Assembly: GCA_002633005.1 (NCBI GenBank)
Contig: NMRA01000629.1
Location: 1 to 64,000, forward strand
From: Phoronis australis
Lineage: Eukaryota > Animalia > Phoronida
Length of the DNA stretch: 64,000 bases
Direction of reading: 5' to 3'
In this document: positions 1-13,400 of the stretch, one piece after another
Numbering within the stretch: position 1 is the first letter of the stretch
Layout: each line of letters opens with the position of its first letter
Program-made: the position numbers and the translations under genes
The notes under the pieces: generated by a model
What the model was told of the DNA's origin: nothing
Databases searched by the model: none
The model's input: only the letters and a program-made list of their open reading frames with translations

Positions 1-1744
1 GTTGTGTGTATATATATTGTGATGATATGTAGAATAAATCAGTTCAGTGTTCAGTGCAATTCTGTTCGTTTCACTGCGTAGTTCATGGAGTGTCTACTTT
101 ATTTGACAAAGTAAGATACACAACAATACCGATACTGTAAAAACTTATTAAGGCCGCTTAAAATGTGACCTTACAGTACAGCAATGAAACTGGTCTTATC
201 TTGTTAATTTTCTCAGTTTAGAATTACAGGTGTAATCACTGCGCGATTTGGCAGTTGGTTATTTACTCGGATAAAACTCATAAAACTTCAGGTCATTGCG
301 CGAACTGGAAATTTATCAGATTGGCGTAAAGAAGTAATAACATATCCGTCACATGTATCTTGGAAGTACTGAAAGGCTCTTCGATTTGACCAAGAAAGAA
401 TTTGAGGCAAATTTTATAACGCTAACTTGCCTAAATCAACACAAAATTTTGACAGAATGGTCGGCGCATTAAGCATTGTGTAATCCATCATTTTAAAACG
501 AACTTGCTGGGGTGGAGCGGAAAGTTCTAAGCAAATTTTCTAAAATAAAGGGTATCGAATGAGACATTACTTTGATCAAAGATTCGAAAAAAATATGGCG
601 CACTATCGGCCCTTCTAACCAATGATCTTTCGAGCTCTGGAACCTCCACCCTATATTATCACCAAGATATATCGAACACACCTTTGACCGGATTTCTTAT
701 ACAAAACTGTACTTCGAGGACGTATTAAGGTGCTCTAGGTCTACATGTGATTATTACGTCGTTTGCATAGGTCTTGCGTGACTTTGACAAGTTAAAGGAG
801 ACGTGTAAAGGGACTGAGCGTCAAGTATGTTTTGAATTCGTCCTTATAGTCGTCTACTTGTTATCTAGAATAGTCAACATTACTTGTCAGAATTTCATTC
901 ATAAATACGCTTAATGTTTTGTGCGTTCACAATTACTTAATTTCTTTTTATGTCGTGAACTTGTGCAATGTTTGTATTTGATGACCGCAGAAGTATCTGG
1001 TGCCGATTCGATTATTGACGTAAGGGGCTTGTTGTAAAAATTCCTTAACACAGTATATTTTATCATATTGTCATTGGCGGTGCAGCACTGAAATAAGTCG
1101 TGGGCGATAGTCCTCCAGCCCCATATGGTGCGCTGCCTTGTCACAACGCAAGGCGTAACATTGAAATTAGTGGGGTGCTTATGGCCCCCAGCCCCCCTAT
1201 GTTACGTCGCACATTATTGAGCACCAAAAATTGCGGGACCTTACCAGCAAGTCTTTTGCATTTAGACAATTATCTCTGTAACTCTATATGCATGTACATG
1301 TACATGTATTTCGTGAAATTAAAAGTGACCTGAGGAATTTGAAGTTCGATTTTTCATCATTGTGAAGTTAATTTGAGGTCATGTCACCAAGATTTTCTCA
1401 TTATGAAGTAAACAAAACATAATAAAACGAAGTTGATCATACAAGTTTCTTTTGATTTCGATGTCTCAAATGAGTTTTCAAAAATTATCGTTTTTTCAGT
1501 TTCATAAAATTCCTAGATTACCTTGATAGCCTTACATGCAAGAGTTGAATAATTTATAAGATCATTTCCAGAGTTTTAGAGAACAGTGCAAAAAGGACAG
1601 TGTCTGATTGTTCCGTGTAAATCTTATCAGTCTGAACTGACCTACGGTGTTTAAACCATAATTTGATTCCTACTGCACTAGTGCCTGGGGTCTGCCTAAA
1701 CCACTGATTCGTGGGGTACGAACTCGTGCATTAGTGGGGACTCG

Positions 1745-2290
1745 ATGGTTCTTTACGTGCCGCTAGGTGGTAGGCAGCACGCAGGTAACATTTTTCACAC
1801 CAGCGTTTCTGATTGGCTGGTCGAATTCTCTACAGGCAGCGCTTTCTGCAAACCAATTGACATTGTCTGATAGAGCAAGTGTACTTGTGGTCTGTTGTAC
1901 AGACAAATCGGTGCTTAAAATTTATGTCCAGGACTGTGAATCCCTGAAATTCTGTTTGCGCCTTTTCGGAGTTCTTCCTTTTACTGTGGATGACTTTTGT
2001 TTAAGATACCGTCCTGTATTCATACGTATGAATAACACACGGTTGAAATCGGCCATTGTGTTTAATGTATACGAATGTACTTCAAGCACTCGGTCATTAA
2101 ACATTAATGCAGAAACGAAGTAGTTGCTGCAACGCTACTTGCATGACAAGGCTAAAAATCGTTGATAGTCCGCCATTTTTTCACGGTGTTGTAAAGCTAA
2201 CTAATGACTGCTGAGATTACATCAACCAATGCTAAAGCGTGTGCAACTGCGTGATACCTGCGTGCTGGCTAGGCACGTAGGGAACTATGT
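1745..2290. mobile_element. MITE-like element with ~80-bp imperfect terminal inverted repeats
   Basis: 1745 ATGGTTCTTTACGTGCC..GGCAGCACGCAGGTAAC matches the reverse complement of 2251-2289 GTGATACCTGCGTGCTGGCTAGGCACGTAGGGAACTAT. Similarity extends inward (CTGATTGGCTG / CAACCAATG). No long ORF; superfamily not determined. Confidence 0.5.
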
Positions 2291-3517
2291 AGTGATGTTG
2301 GGGACAAATATGAGTAAAATTTCCCCACCACCGTTCGAAGCCAGTTTCCCGTCAACCAGCAACCGGTCAGGATCCCACATTTGTATCGTTGCACCAGTTT
2401 TGCCTTGCTCCACTCCCTCTTTGTAATCGACATCAGCGACGTCACACGGGCGTCATACGTGCAGTGACAAATTTGCTGCATCACACGGTGGGTAAACCCC
2501 GTGTAGGCAGCGACCAGAAGCTCGGGTAAGAGGGTTTCAGCAAAATGTGTTAGACCTGAGCACATCGCACGTTACGTGGTTACACGGTAAGGTATTTGTA
2601 TATTTGCCGGACCTGAATTTCATTTTAATAAGGTGCCTAAATGTATACAGCTACATGTAAGTCAATCTTTAGGGACTTTAAAGTAAAGTACATATAGCAA
2701 ACGTAATCCCGACTGAAGAATTGCAGGCACGAATGCCATCACCTTGGAGTGAGTACGTGAAAAATCAAATTCGAAAATTTACTGTTATATTGTTCCATAT
2801 ATTGTCGGGAGAAAAAATGAGATCTAACACCAGGTTTCACATTATTAGGGCTCCGTTTGGGAAATGTTTGGAAGGGTACACATTCTCGCCAGGTTAAAGG
2901 ATACACAACCTAAGGGGTTGTTTTAAAATCCTTGTTTGAGATCGGGTGATTCAAATTTTAGTGAACACCCCTGTAGGAAGTTAAAAGTGTCGGATTTGCA
3001 GGCAAGTGAATACTATCCGTACAACACAAGAGCCTGGTATACATGTGCAAATTCATGTAAAAGACCCCCGGAATAACATGTTTATTCAGCATTCACCTCC
3101 GTTGAGTCGACATGGATGGCCGGAAAATATTGTGTTTTCTCATTGACAGTGATCTTTTACCGGTGTTACTAAGGTTATTGTTGCTAGGACATTAAAAACA
3201 AGTTAGGCTAACAACACTTGGAGCATATTACCACTTTGCTTTTCTGTAAACCCGATATTTATTCACTGAAAGATGGGTACATCGCATGCTCTTAGTAACA
3301 TAACCAAATGTTATTCGATATGAATATTTAAGAGCAATCTGCTAAATTGCTGTGTCGGTTGCTTAGAATTCTTGGTCTTTCGCGAATAGACCTACAGGAT
3401 GCTGAATATGAAGTTGGAAAGTTGCATCGACATCAATGACCGATGCTAATATTTTATCGATCACATTTTGATAATGGCAATGTTTTGATGCAATGCTAAT
3501 GCTTTTGTAGAGTCAGC

Positions 3518-4407
3518 ATGGTTGACACAACCAAGGTCCAATTGTTGTTGCTTTTGGCGATCTCGTGTGACTGTTTGGTGCTCAAGACTCCAACTATTCT
3601 AAACCATCTTGTGAAGATCGAAAACGACACTAAATTTTTACTAGGGGCCGTAAATAATCTGTACATGCTCGACAAGTATTTAAACGTAATTCAAAACGTG
3701 TCCACCGGACCCGTCATCGACAATAAGGACTGCCCACCTAGATCGTGTACAACTGGTTCGATGACTGATAATTTCAATAAATTGTTGGTGGTGAACAATG
3801 AAACATTGATCACTTGTGGGAATGTTCGCCAAGGCACATGTGAGATGCGTAGTTTACAAAACATAAGTAATTACAGAACATTCCGCTCGCGGGATACGAT
3901 GGTAGCAGCCAACACACCTAAAGCTTCTACTGTAGGTGTTGTGATACCCGATAAGAATGCAATATGTGTTGGCGTCACCTTCACTGACGGTACTTTGAGG
4001 AATCCTAACACAGTACCAGTTGTAAGTACGCGCTCTCTTGCTGGTTTGATGGTGGTTTTTGGATCTAGATTAACTTTAAACAGCAGAAAGCCGTTGGTTA
4101 CCACATATAAATTTGGGTTTCATAGAGGAATGTTAACCTATTTTCTATCTCAGTATACTTTTCGGGACAAACACGTTTCCAAAATAGCTCGCATCTGTGA
4201 CAACGACGAGACTTATTATTCATACATTGAAATTCCACTGGAATGTAAACACGGACGCACAAACTACGACGTCGTACAAACTGGAACCATTGCAAAACTT
4301 GGCACAGATGTTATTTCCAATGTCGGCATCTCTACAGAAGAGGAAGTTTTAGTTGCCGTGTTCCACAGAACTGGAGTGACTCAACAATCTGCCATCTGTG
4401 CATTCAG
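3518..4407 (+). CDS. Coding exon 1: signal peptide and N-terminal Sema domain
   Basis: ATG followed by hydrophobic [11 protein letters not shown]. Sema motifs [64 protein letters not shown]. Acceptor ttttgtag at 3510 implies an upstream 5'UTR exon. Donor AG|GTAATG, phase 2. Confidence 0.93.
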
Positions 4408-7400
4408 GTAATGTCTTCTAGGAATTGCATTGACTTTGGGCAATTGCAATCACTCAAATACATGTACTCACACTGTTACATGCATATTAGTCTTGCCTAG
4501 TTTTTGTTGTTCACCGATTTTCTGTGCATTTAGTGTTTTGAATTAATGTAGTATCATTGCAGTTAAGAACACCTTAAACTTCCCGAAAGGTGGAAGTTTG
4601 TATTACAACTGCCCGGTTTGTTAAAAATGACTTTCACACGTTGAAGTTCTAATAATAAAGGCCAGTGCAAGCCATTTAAATGCACCGGTCCGGTACTTAT
4701 CGAACTCGTTGTAGAAATCCAAAACCAATATTTACATGTATGACGTTGGATATTTATAATTTATAAGGGCAAGCTGCTGATGTAAATTACAAATTATGAG
4801 TGTAGAAATGGTTCGCAGTGTTACGGAGAAAATAAGAATAGTGTACTGTGGAGTTAATCCTCTTACCTCGACTGTCTGCTCACCAAGAACTTTATTATTA
4901 AGTGTTGCTTTAATACAATAACACAAACGAGCCTCATTTTCGGAATCCACGTTTATTTAAATGTATTTTGCAATGATGCTTTTTAACATGACGTCATTTT
5001 TGTATTTAGAATAGAATTTATACAGTTATTTAAGGGTACACTTTACTGATCTTGAAATGTTCAGTAATTATTTTTCCAGAACCTAGAAACAGATGCATGT
5101 TATGCACGAAAAAACCTTTTATGGGATGCCTTTCCAGTTTAAGTTTCAAGATCGACCACTTACAAACCTTGGGCTAAATTGTTTTGAAGCATAATAAACT
5201 TTAGTGGCAGATGTGTAATCTGAGTGATATGCGGTTACCAGAAGTGCAGTTTCAGCAGAGTACGCTCTTGTTTGCAGCACCTTCTGCTGCTAAAACATTC
5301 GGCAGTTCAATCCATAGAAACTGTGGTTTTACAGAGATTATACATCTTGTACAACAATTTGTATAGTACATTAAAAACTGCAACTAACATTTTAAATAAT
5401 GAATTAGAAAAAATATATTTACACAAGAAAAAATAATTTGTCAGGTAAATATCTAAATATCCACATTCAAATTACTCCTGCAACTCAGGAACCACTGACT
5501 AATTGTTTTCTCGGCACTTTCGTAACAAAAATTACCCTTCTGTTTCAAGTGAGCCGTGGGCCTCGTCTTTTAAAACAAAGGGACAAGACTTGTCTATTTT
5601 TTAACTCGAAATTATTTCTATAAGTTTCATTTTTATTTTGTGCGAAGTTAAAATAAATGTTTTTCTCTGCTACACTGTACATGTTGTCGTTCATTATGTT
5701 GATGAGTGTATCCTACTGTCGCACTTCATGAAGCCTACATTCGAGCTTCGCTAAACTAGAATGTCACCCAAAAACAACCTGCATATATTTTGTATCAATT
5801 TACATCGAGTAGTTCTATTCGATAACGGCAGATTTGGTTGCGTTACCTGACACCTGACGGCAGACGGAGGCGTTGAAATTACCCAATGACGTAATTGGTT
5901 TCACACGCGGTCTGTTCAGCAGGCAACACGGGTTAGTGGTGTCAGCTTATCGCGTATTTTCATCGTTTAACACCAAAAATTCATCAAACTTCGATGTAAA
6001 ACCCTTTGAAATACACCGAGTTCTTATAAAAACGTGTTGTTTTATTTCGCTGTTACGGATTTACTGGTATTTGAACACATCGTAGCCTGCAATGTTCGGC
6101 AGGCCAATTAATCAAGGTCCGTAGCAGGAGTTTGGGGTCTGTTCGAATATAAATTCGAAGTATTCTTCCGTGAAATACAGACAGGATAACCTAGATCTGT
6201 GTTGTTTATACTTGTGATTTTTTTGAGTTCTAAACAAACAAAACGCTTGTTATCCCGGCCAGTGTCTCGGAACCCGATGAGGCCCGTCGGGGCTGGACTG
6301 ACTCGTTATCCAGGATAGTGGCTTGGAACCCGATCAGGCCCGTCGCGGCCGCCGGGACTGGCACGAACATAAACCATCTTGAGTTGGGAACTAAACCTCC
6401 ATTCACGAAAACACTATGATAGTGAGCCAAAGTAATAATGTACAGGCAATTATTTATGTGAGTTAGCCCGTGGCAAAACTGAAAATCCACTTACTTGTGG
6501 GGGGCCGCGGTGTCGGGTTCCCCTTCCACAGACCCGGCGTCACAGAAAAAGGTTGTACATTAACAGGGATTACTCTGCGTGTGCAAGCGCATAGTACTGT
6601 TGTTCCTGGGTTTTCTTCAATTTTATTCTTATTACTCTGCGCGGTCAAGCGCAGAGTTTTACTGTTCTACATATTTTATCTTCTTATTCTTATTGTTATT
6701 ATTCTTGTTCTTCTTCCTTCCTTTTCATATTGTCATTACTCTTACATTCATTCATTTAGAACAATAATATTCATTGTTATTGATACAATAGTTAAGGGAT
6801 TTATATTGATAATATTTTTTCGATCCTAAATGCACTAGGATGACCTGAAACGGGTCAAGGAGTGCATTTTGTCAAAATGTTTCTTCTACATTTTTTTAGA
6901 TAAACTTTTCCAAATTTGTTAACAAGTAGGGACTAAAGAAGTGCATCAGAAATTTACGCGGATTTCCAATCGGACCAAGGGAACCGAGTTCATTAAGTGC
7001 AAAACTGATTTTTGAGCTAGACCTTTCATAATCATGCATGTGGTTACCATTCATAAAGGAAGTTCAGTTACAAACTTTGGGTTCAATAGATACAAATTTG
7101 GGGTCATTAAGTGCAGTTTTCTGTTAAAATTATGACATTTTCAATCAGCTTGTTCTTATTGATGATGCATTAGGGAGAGCATTTATATTCATTGTGGTTC
7201 AACCAATTGCCGAACAAATTCTTTTGATCACATTGATTTGACTCAAACACCACCGGATTGATTCGAAATGGGTCAAGTGGTGCATTCCATCAAATTGCTT
7301 CTTCATCTACAAGTTTTTAGATAGACTCTCCGAATTTTGATAACAAGCAGGCACTACAGATCTGTATCAGAAATTTACGTGGATTTTAAGTCGGATCATG

Positions 7401-10400
7401 GGTACCGAGTTTCCGGGTCAAAGGTCATTTAGTGGAAAAATATTTTTGAGTTAGACCTTACATAATCACGAAAAAGCGTTTTCATACGTAACGATAATTT
7501 AGTCACAAACTTTGGGGTCATTAGGTTCAACTCTGTGGTCATTAGTTGCAGTTTTCCTTTGATAAACTTACTCTTCACTTGCTCTTTCATAGTTACCATG
7601 GACATCTCTCTCTTTCACACAAAGGATGCAACTTTTATGTAAAGTAATGTTCCTATATTTCACTATGCACATGCATACACCACGCGCAGAGTTGTAAGTG
7701 CCCATACGCAATTGCGTTCTGGTTATTATTCTTATTCTTATTCTTCCTTCCTTTTCAGATTGTAATTACTCTTACATCGATTCAGTTACAACAATCATAT
7801 TCACTGTGATTGATATGATAGTCAAGGGATTTTTATTGATTATATTTTTGACCCAAAGCGCACTGGATTGACCTGAAACAGGTCAAGGAGTGCATTCCAT
7901 CAAAATGCTTCTTCTTCTATAGAATGTTTATATAGACTCTTTGAACTTTGTTAACAAGTAGGGACTAAAGAAATGCATCACAAATTTACACGAATTTCCA
8001 ATCTGACCAAGGGAACTGATTTTTGGGGACAAATGTCATTAAAAGAAAAAGTGATTTTTGTGTGAGACTTTTCATATTCATGCATGTGGCTTCCAGTCAC
8101 AAGGGAAGTTCAATCACAAGCTTCTTGGGTCGTTAGGTGAAATTTTGGGGTCATTTTGTGCGCTTTTCTCTTAAATTTTGGACTTATTGAATCTGCTCAT
8201 TCTTACATTATTTATCATTGAGGATTCATATTCATGGTAGTTCAAGCAATGGGCAACCTAATTTTATTGATCACTTGGATTTGACTCAAAATGCACCGGA
8301 ATGAGCCGAAACGGGTCAGAGAGTGCATTTCGTCAAATTGCTTCTCCTTGCACATTTTTTTTGAATAGACTCTCCGAATTTTGACAACAAGGAGATACTA
8401 CAGAAGTGCACCCGAATTTTACGTGGAATTTAAATCAGATAAAGGGAACCGTGTTTCCGGGTTAAAGGTCATCTAGAGATCTGCGTCCGAAATTTATTTG
8501 GAATTCCAATAGGATCAAGGGAACCGAGTTTCCGGGTTAAAGGTCATTAAGTTCAAAAGTGATTTTTGAGCTAGACATTTTATAATCACGCATATGATCA
8601 ACATTCAAAAAGGAAGTTCAGTCACAAACATTGGGGTCACTGAGTGATATTTTGGGGTCATTAAGTGCAGTTTTATGTTAAATTTAAGACACTTTCAATC
8701 AGCATGTACTTAAATGATACATTAGGGAGAGCATTTATATTCATGCTGGTTCAACCAATTGCCGATCAAAGTCTATTGATCACATGGATTTGAATCAAAA
8801 TCCACCGGATTCACCCGAAATGGGTCAAGGGGTGCATTCCACCAAATTGCTTCTTCTCCTACAGATTTTTAGATAGACTCTCCGATTTTGTATGACAAGC
8901 AAGCACTACAGATCTGCATCCGAAGTTTACGTGGAATTGAAATCGGGTCAATGGTACCGAGTTTCCGGGTCAAAGGTCATTAAGTGCAAAAGTGATTTTT
9001 GAGCTAGACCTTATATAATCACGTATATAGTTTTCATTCGTAAAGAAAATTCAGCAACAGACTTTGGGGTCAATAGGTGCAGTTTTCCGTTGATATTCTT
9101 ACTATTGTTTCTTGATTTTTCATAGTTACCAGGGACATATCTCTCTTTCATGCAACCTCTATGCAGTGTAATGCCCCTATACTTCATCATGCACATGCAT
9201 ACACCACGCGCAGAGTGGTAAGTGCGCATACGCAATAGCGTTCTAGTTCTTATTCTTATTTTTCTTCCGACCAACTTCGAGGTTTAATAACTCCAAAATG
9301 GGTGCATGTATGTTCTTGAAATTCAGCACATAATTTTTGACTGTACATAAGTTTTGATTCGTTATATAATCATATTCCATATTGCAGCGGAAGAGGTCAT
9401 TTGGTGCAAAGGTCATAAAATTTTCAAAATGCTACTTATTCTTTATTTGAAAAGCTATTCTTTTCAAACTTGGTACACAGGCATACGTCAGTAAGGCAAT
9501 TAAAAATACTTTTCTAAGTAATCAGGTCATCCAATCAGGTTAAACAGGTCAAAGGTCATTAGGTGCACATTAGGATGTTGAGCATGACACTTCAAAGATA
9601 CAGGTCTGATTGGCACAGGTAATTCAATTCGAAATCTAAAGTTTCAGGTAATTTAGTGCAAGCATGGGGTTATTAAGTGCATTTTACTTCCGAAAATTTG
9701 ACCTTTTCATTCACCAAGTATTCCGATGTGTCAGCGGTTACACAACTGTGATTCTGAGCATTAAACACAATTTTCACGGGCTTTGCAATAATTCTCCTCA
9801 AGAAGCTTATAATATACGGGATATGATCAATTAGTGCTAAGGTCATCTAACATTCAAAATGTTATATCTCGCGTTTTTCAAGGAATAATCTTCTATTTCA
9901 GCACACTGGGTTAGTCAACATGCAAATTGAACACCCTATTTTTCTACGCAATAGGCCTAAACAATCAGAAACAAATAGGTCAAAGGTCATTTAGTGAAAA
10001 CTTAAATTTTGAGCTAGACACTTCAAATTCACGAGGCAGATTGGTACGTCTAGTTGAAATGCGAAGTTTCAGGTCATTTACTGCAACCATGGGGTCATTA
10101 GGTGCATTTTTCTGCTGAAAATTTGTCCTTTTCGTCTGATGTGTCAGCCGTTAGACAACTGTGATTCTCAGCATTAAACATACTTTTCACAGACTTTGCA
10201 ATACAATGTAGTTCTACTAAAAGGGCTTGTAATGCACTTGATAGGGTCAATTAGTGCAAAGGTAAGCTACATGTACTTTTGAAAATATTATTTCTTCTAC
10301 ATTTTTCAAGTAAATCTCTTCAATTCCAGCACAGTGGTGTAAACCTACATGCCAATGAAATACCCTACTTTACTAAGCAATAGGGACATCCAATCAGAGA

Positions 10401-13400
10401 AAATAGGTCAAAGGTCATTGGGTGCCAACTAAAGTATTGAGCTAGACACTTCAAAATCACAAGTCTGATTGGTACGTCTAATTCAATTTGAAAAACGACG
10501 TTTCAGATCATTTAGTTCAACCATGGGGTCATTAGGTGCATTTTTCTTCTGAAAATGTGTTCTTTTCATTCACCTAGTGTTCTGCTGTGTCAACCGTTAG
10601 ACAACTGTGATTCTCAGCATTAAACACACCTTTCACGGGCTTTGCAATGAATTAGTGCAAGGGTCATCTAACGTTCAAAATTTTATATATCCTACATTTT
10701 TCAAGGAATTATTTTCAAGTTCAGCAGACTGGTTTAAGTCACCAAGCCAATTGAACGTCCCACTTTACTATGCAATAGGCCTAACCAATCAGAAAAGGTA
10801 TACATAGACAGTTTAAGACGGCAAAAAAGATTAATTAAATCGGATGGCATTCTCCTTTAAAGCATTAATGCTAGTGCCATCAGGTTCCAGCCTTCATAAG
10901 ACAGTCATTCACGTATACCATATAATACTGGAACACAGAATAAAAGTGACACTTGTCTTCACTTCAAACAAAATAAGAGAGGAAATAATCGAAAATCATT
11001 TTGAGTTCGAGTTCGAGTACATAATTTTGACCCGGACCATGCGTTTTACAAAAGAGGAATTCCTGACTATTTGGAATTCCAAAGGCATCGTAAAACTAAA
11101 ATGAGTGCAATGTAAAGAATATCTATGCACTCACTGTGGCGAAATTTGTGGACATGTGTGTATATTTATTTGTCGAGTGTTAGTGGAAGACGTTCTCACG
11201 ACAGTGTACTTTAAGGTTCGAATGTAGAGTGAATTAACACGTCTAAAATATGAATCATGACCAGTAACTTCTGATTCTAGGTTTCAAAATGTAACGCAGA
11301 GGATCAATGAGAATGGAAATGAATGTTTCCAAAAAGGAGGCTTCACCCATGCAAGTTATTACACTGCAGGGAATAGAACTTGTAAGGTAAGCATGTTTGA
11401 AGTCATATATTATTTAATACTTCAAAGAATGTTATAGCAGCTTTATACAACTATATACGCATTGTCATCATCAGCAAATTAAGCAACAGTTCGGTGTTTC
11501 ACATGTTGTAATTCAAGCTGTAATACATGTATCAACTGGCACCTACATGTACAAATCAACTGTTGTAAATTGACGAATTTTTAACAAAAGTCAGGTAATT
11601 CAACTCGACTCAAATCAAAGTTGACCTTCGAATTTCAAGATACGTTAAAATGAAATCTTACAAATTTCTGGGTCACAAGTGGTCCGTAACTTGTAAACTA
11701 GGGTCATTTACATGATTGTATAGTCTCAATACTAAAATTACGCATATGTTGTCTTAGTGATTATCCGCCATCATCACATTAAGTGTCATGAATTGAGACC
11801 ATGCAGTATGCCTCAATGATATTCGTCACTATTAATTGACTGTTAATGGGTCCACAGAGGTATTCATTATCTAGTTTTAAATGGGTATCATGCCTTGATT
11901 GCAAGACAATCAACGTCTTCGATCAATCTCTTGGATAACATGGAAATTTTTATGTGTGCACGTCATTGGTGCAAACAAATTTTCAAAGATGCACACTCTC
12001 TTTGTTTGATTCGGGAACACGTACGCGTTACAAGTATGTCAGATTTATGTCTGGCATTATATTGAACAATATGTATTCAGCTTCTAAAACAACGACAATG
12101 AAGAGCAGAGTTCAGCAGATCAAAACGAATGCCACAAAATAAAATAAAACGTCGGTTATGTTGGCTAGGAGGCACCGTAGACTTCTCACTACATTGTAGG
12201 TTTGCCTGGTAGTGCGCATGTCACTGGATTTGCTGCCTTTCTTCCATCACTTTAAACATAACTAACATCTGTGAACCGTTTGACTTTAAAACTGTTATAC
12301 ACCAGAACAGTATGTTCATTTTGAAAAGTGTTGTAGCTCCTTTCATTTCCACCGAAATACAGGTAGGAATCAAGACTTCAAAAAGTTGACGGAAACGCCA
12401 AATTGTATTTTCTGCCCGAAACCACCACTTCCATGAAAATGATAGACAAACGCAGCCACTGATGTTTGAAAGCAAAATTCTGACTCCACGAATGTAGCAA
12501 AAGGTTCTGCCATCCGACTGTGTTTTTTAGGGTTGCATGTACATGAAATTGCAATAGAGTTCTCATTCAACAATGCCACAGCGATATCTGTCTTGAAGAA
12601 ACTGTACAGGCGAACAAGTGTCACTTTGTGAGCAAACATACAAATGTGTGCGCACGATTGCCGGCATCTCTGTGTGGGCGTCCGGGCATCTGGGTGGCAG
12701 AGCGTTCGTCTCCTGACGTCTACAGCTATTTATCGGGGCAAAAATTAAGAAATGTAATATATATTCCAAGTTGTATTGGGAATTTCAGGGTCACATCTCT
12801 GCAAATAATTGCTTCACATAAGGAACCCACAGATGGCAATTTTAGTGTTAACTGTTGCCTCTGTATCTTTGTTATTCTTGGATTAATGTTCATAAAATTT
12901 GGCAAATAGGTATCTGTTATGAAAGCGAAATCACATTTCCGTTTTTAGACGTTCTTGACGATTTTGCGCAACCTTACCGATTTATATATTTCCGATTTCG
13001 TTTCGCCTTTCTGTCTGCCAAACTGTTTGAAGGATCATTATGGAAATTGACAATTCTGTTTGTAATGAGGACACCCAAGTTGACGTTGATATTTGGGCTA
13101 TTGGTCTGCCCCCCCTAGTGGCATTTTCTACTTTTTGTGAATTTTTGGAGTTCATTCATGTACTTTCATGAAACTTGGCAAAATAGGTTTCTAAGGAGAC
13201 GACAAAGCCAATCCATTTAAAAATACATATTGTGCGCGCGCCTCCTAGTGGGGATTTTAAAAGTCTGAAATCGTTTTCGCTCTCTATCCGCCAAACCATC
13301 CGGAGGATCGTTGAGCAAATGGTCAACTGTGTTTCTGATGAGAAGGTACCGGCTGACGTTGATGTTTAGACGGATGCATTACTTTGGCGTCCAGTAGTGG

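Noticed and set aside
6470-6829. Hydrophobic ORFs resembling membrane proteins
   Set aside because: They are translations of the (TTC/TTA) microsatellite in a repeat element.
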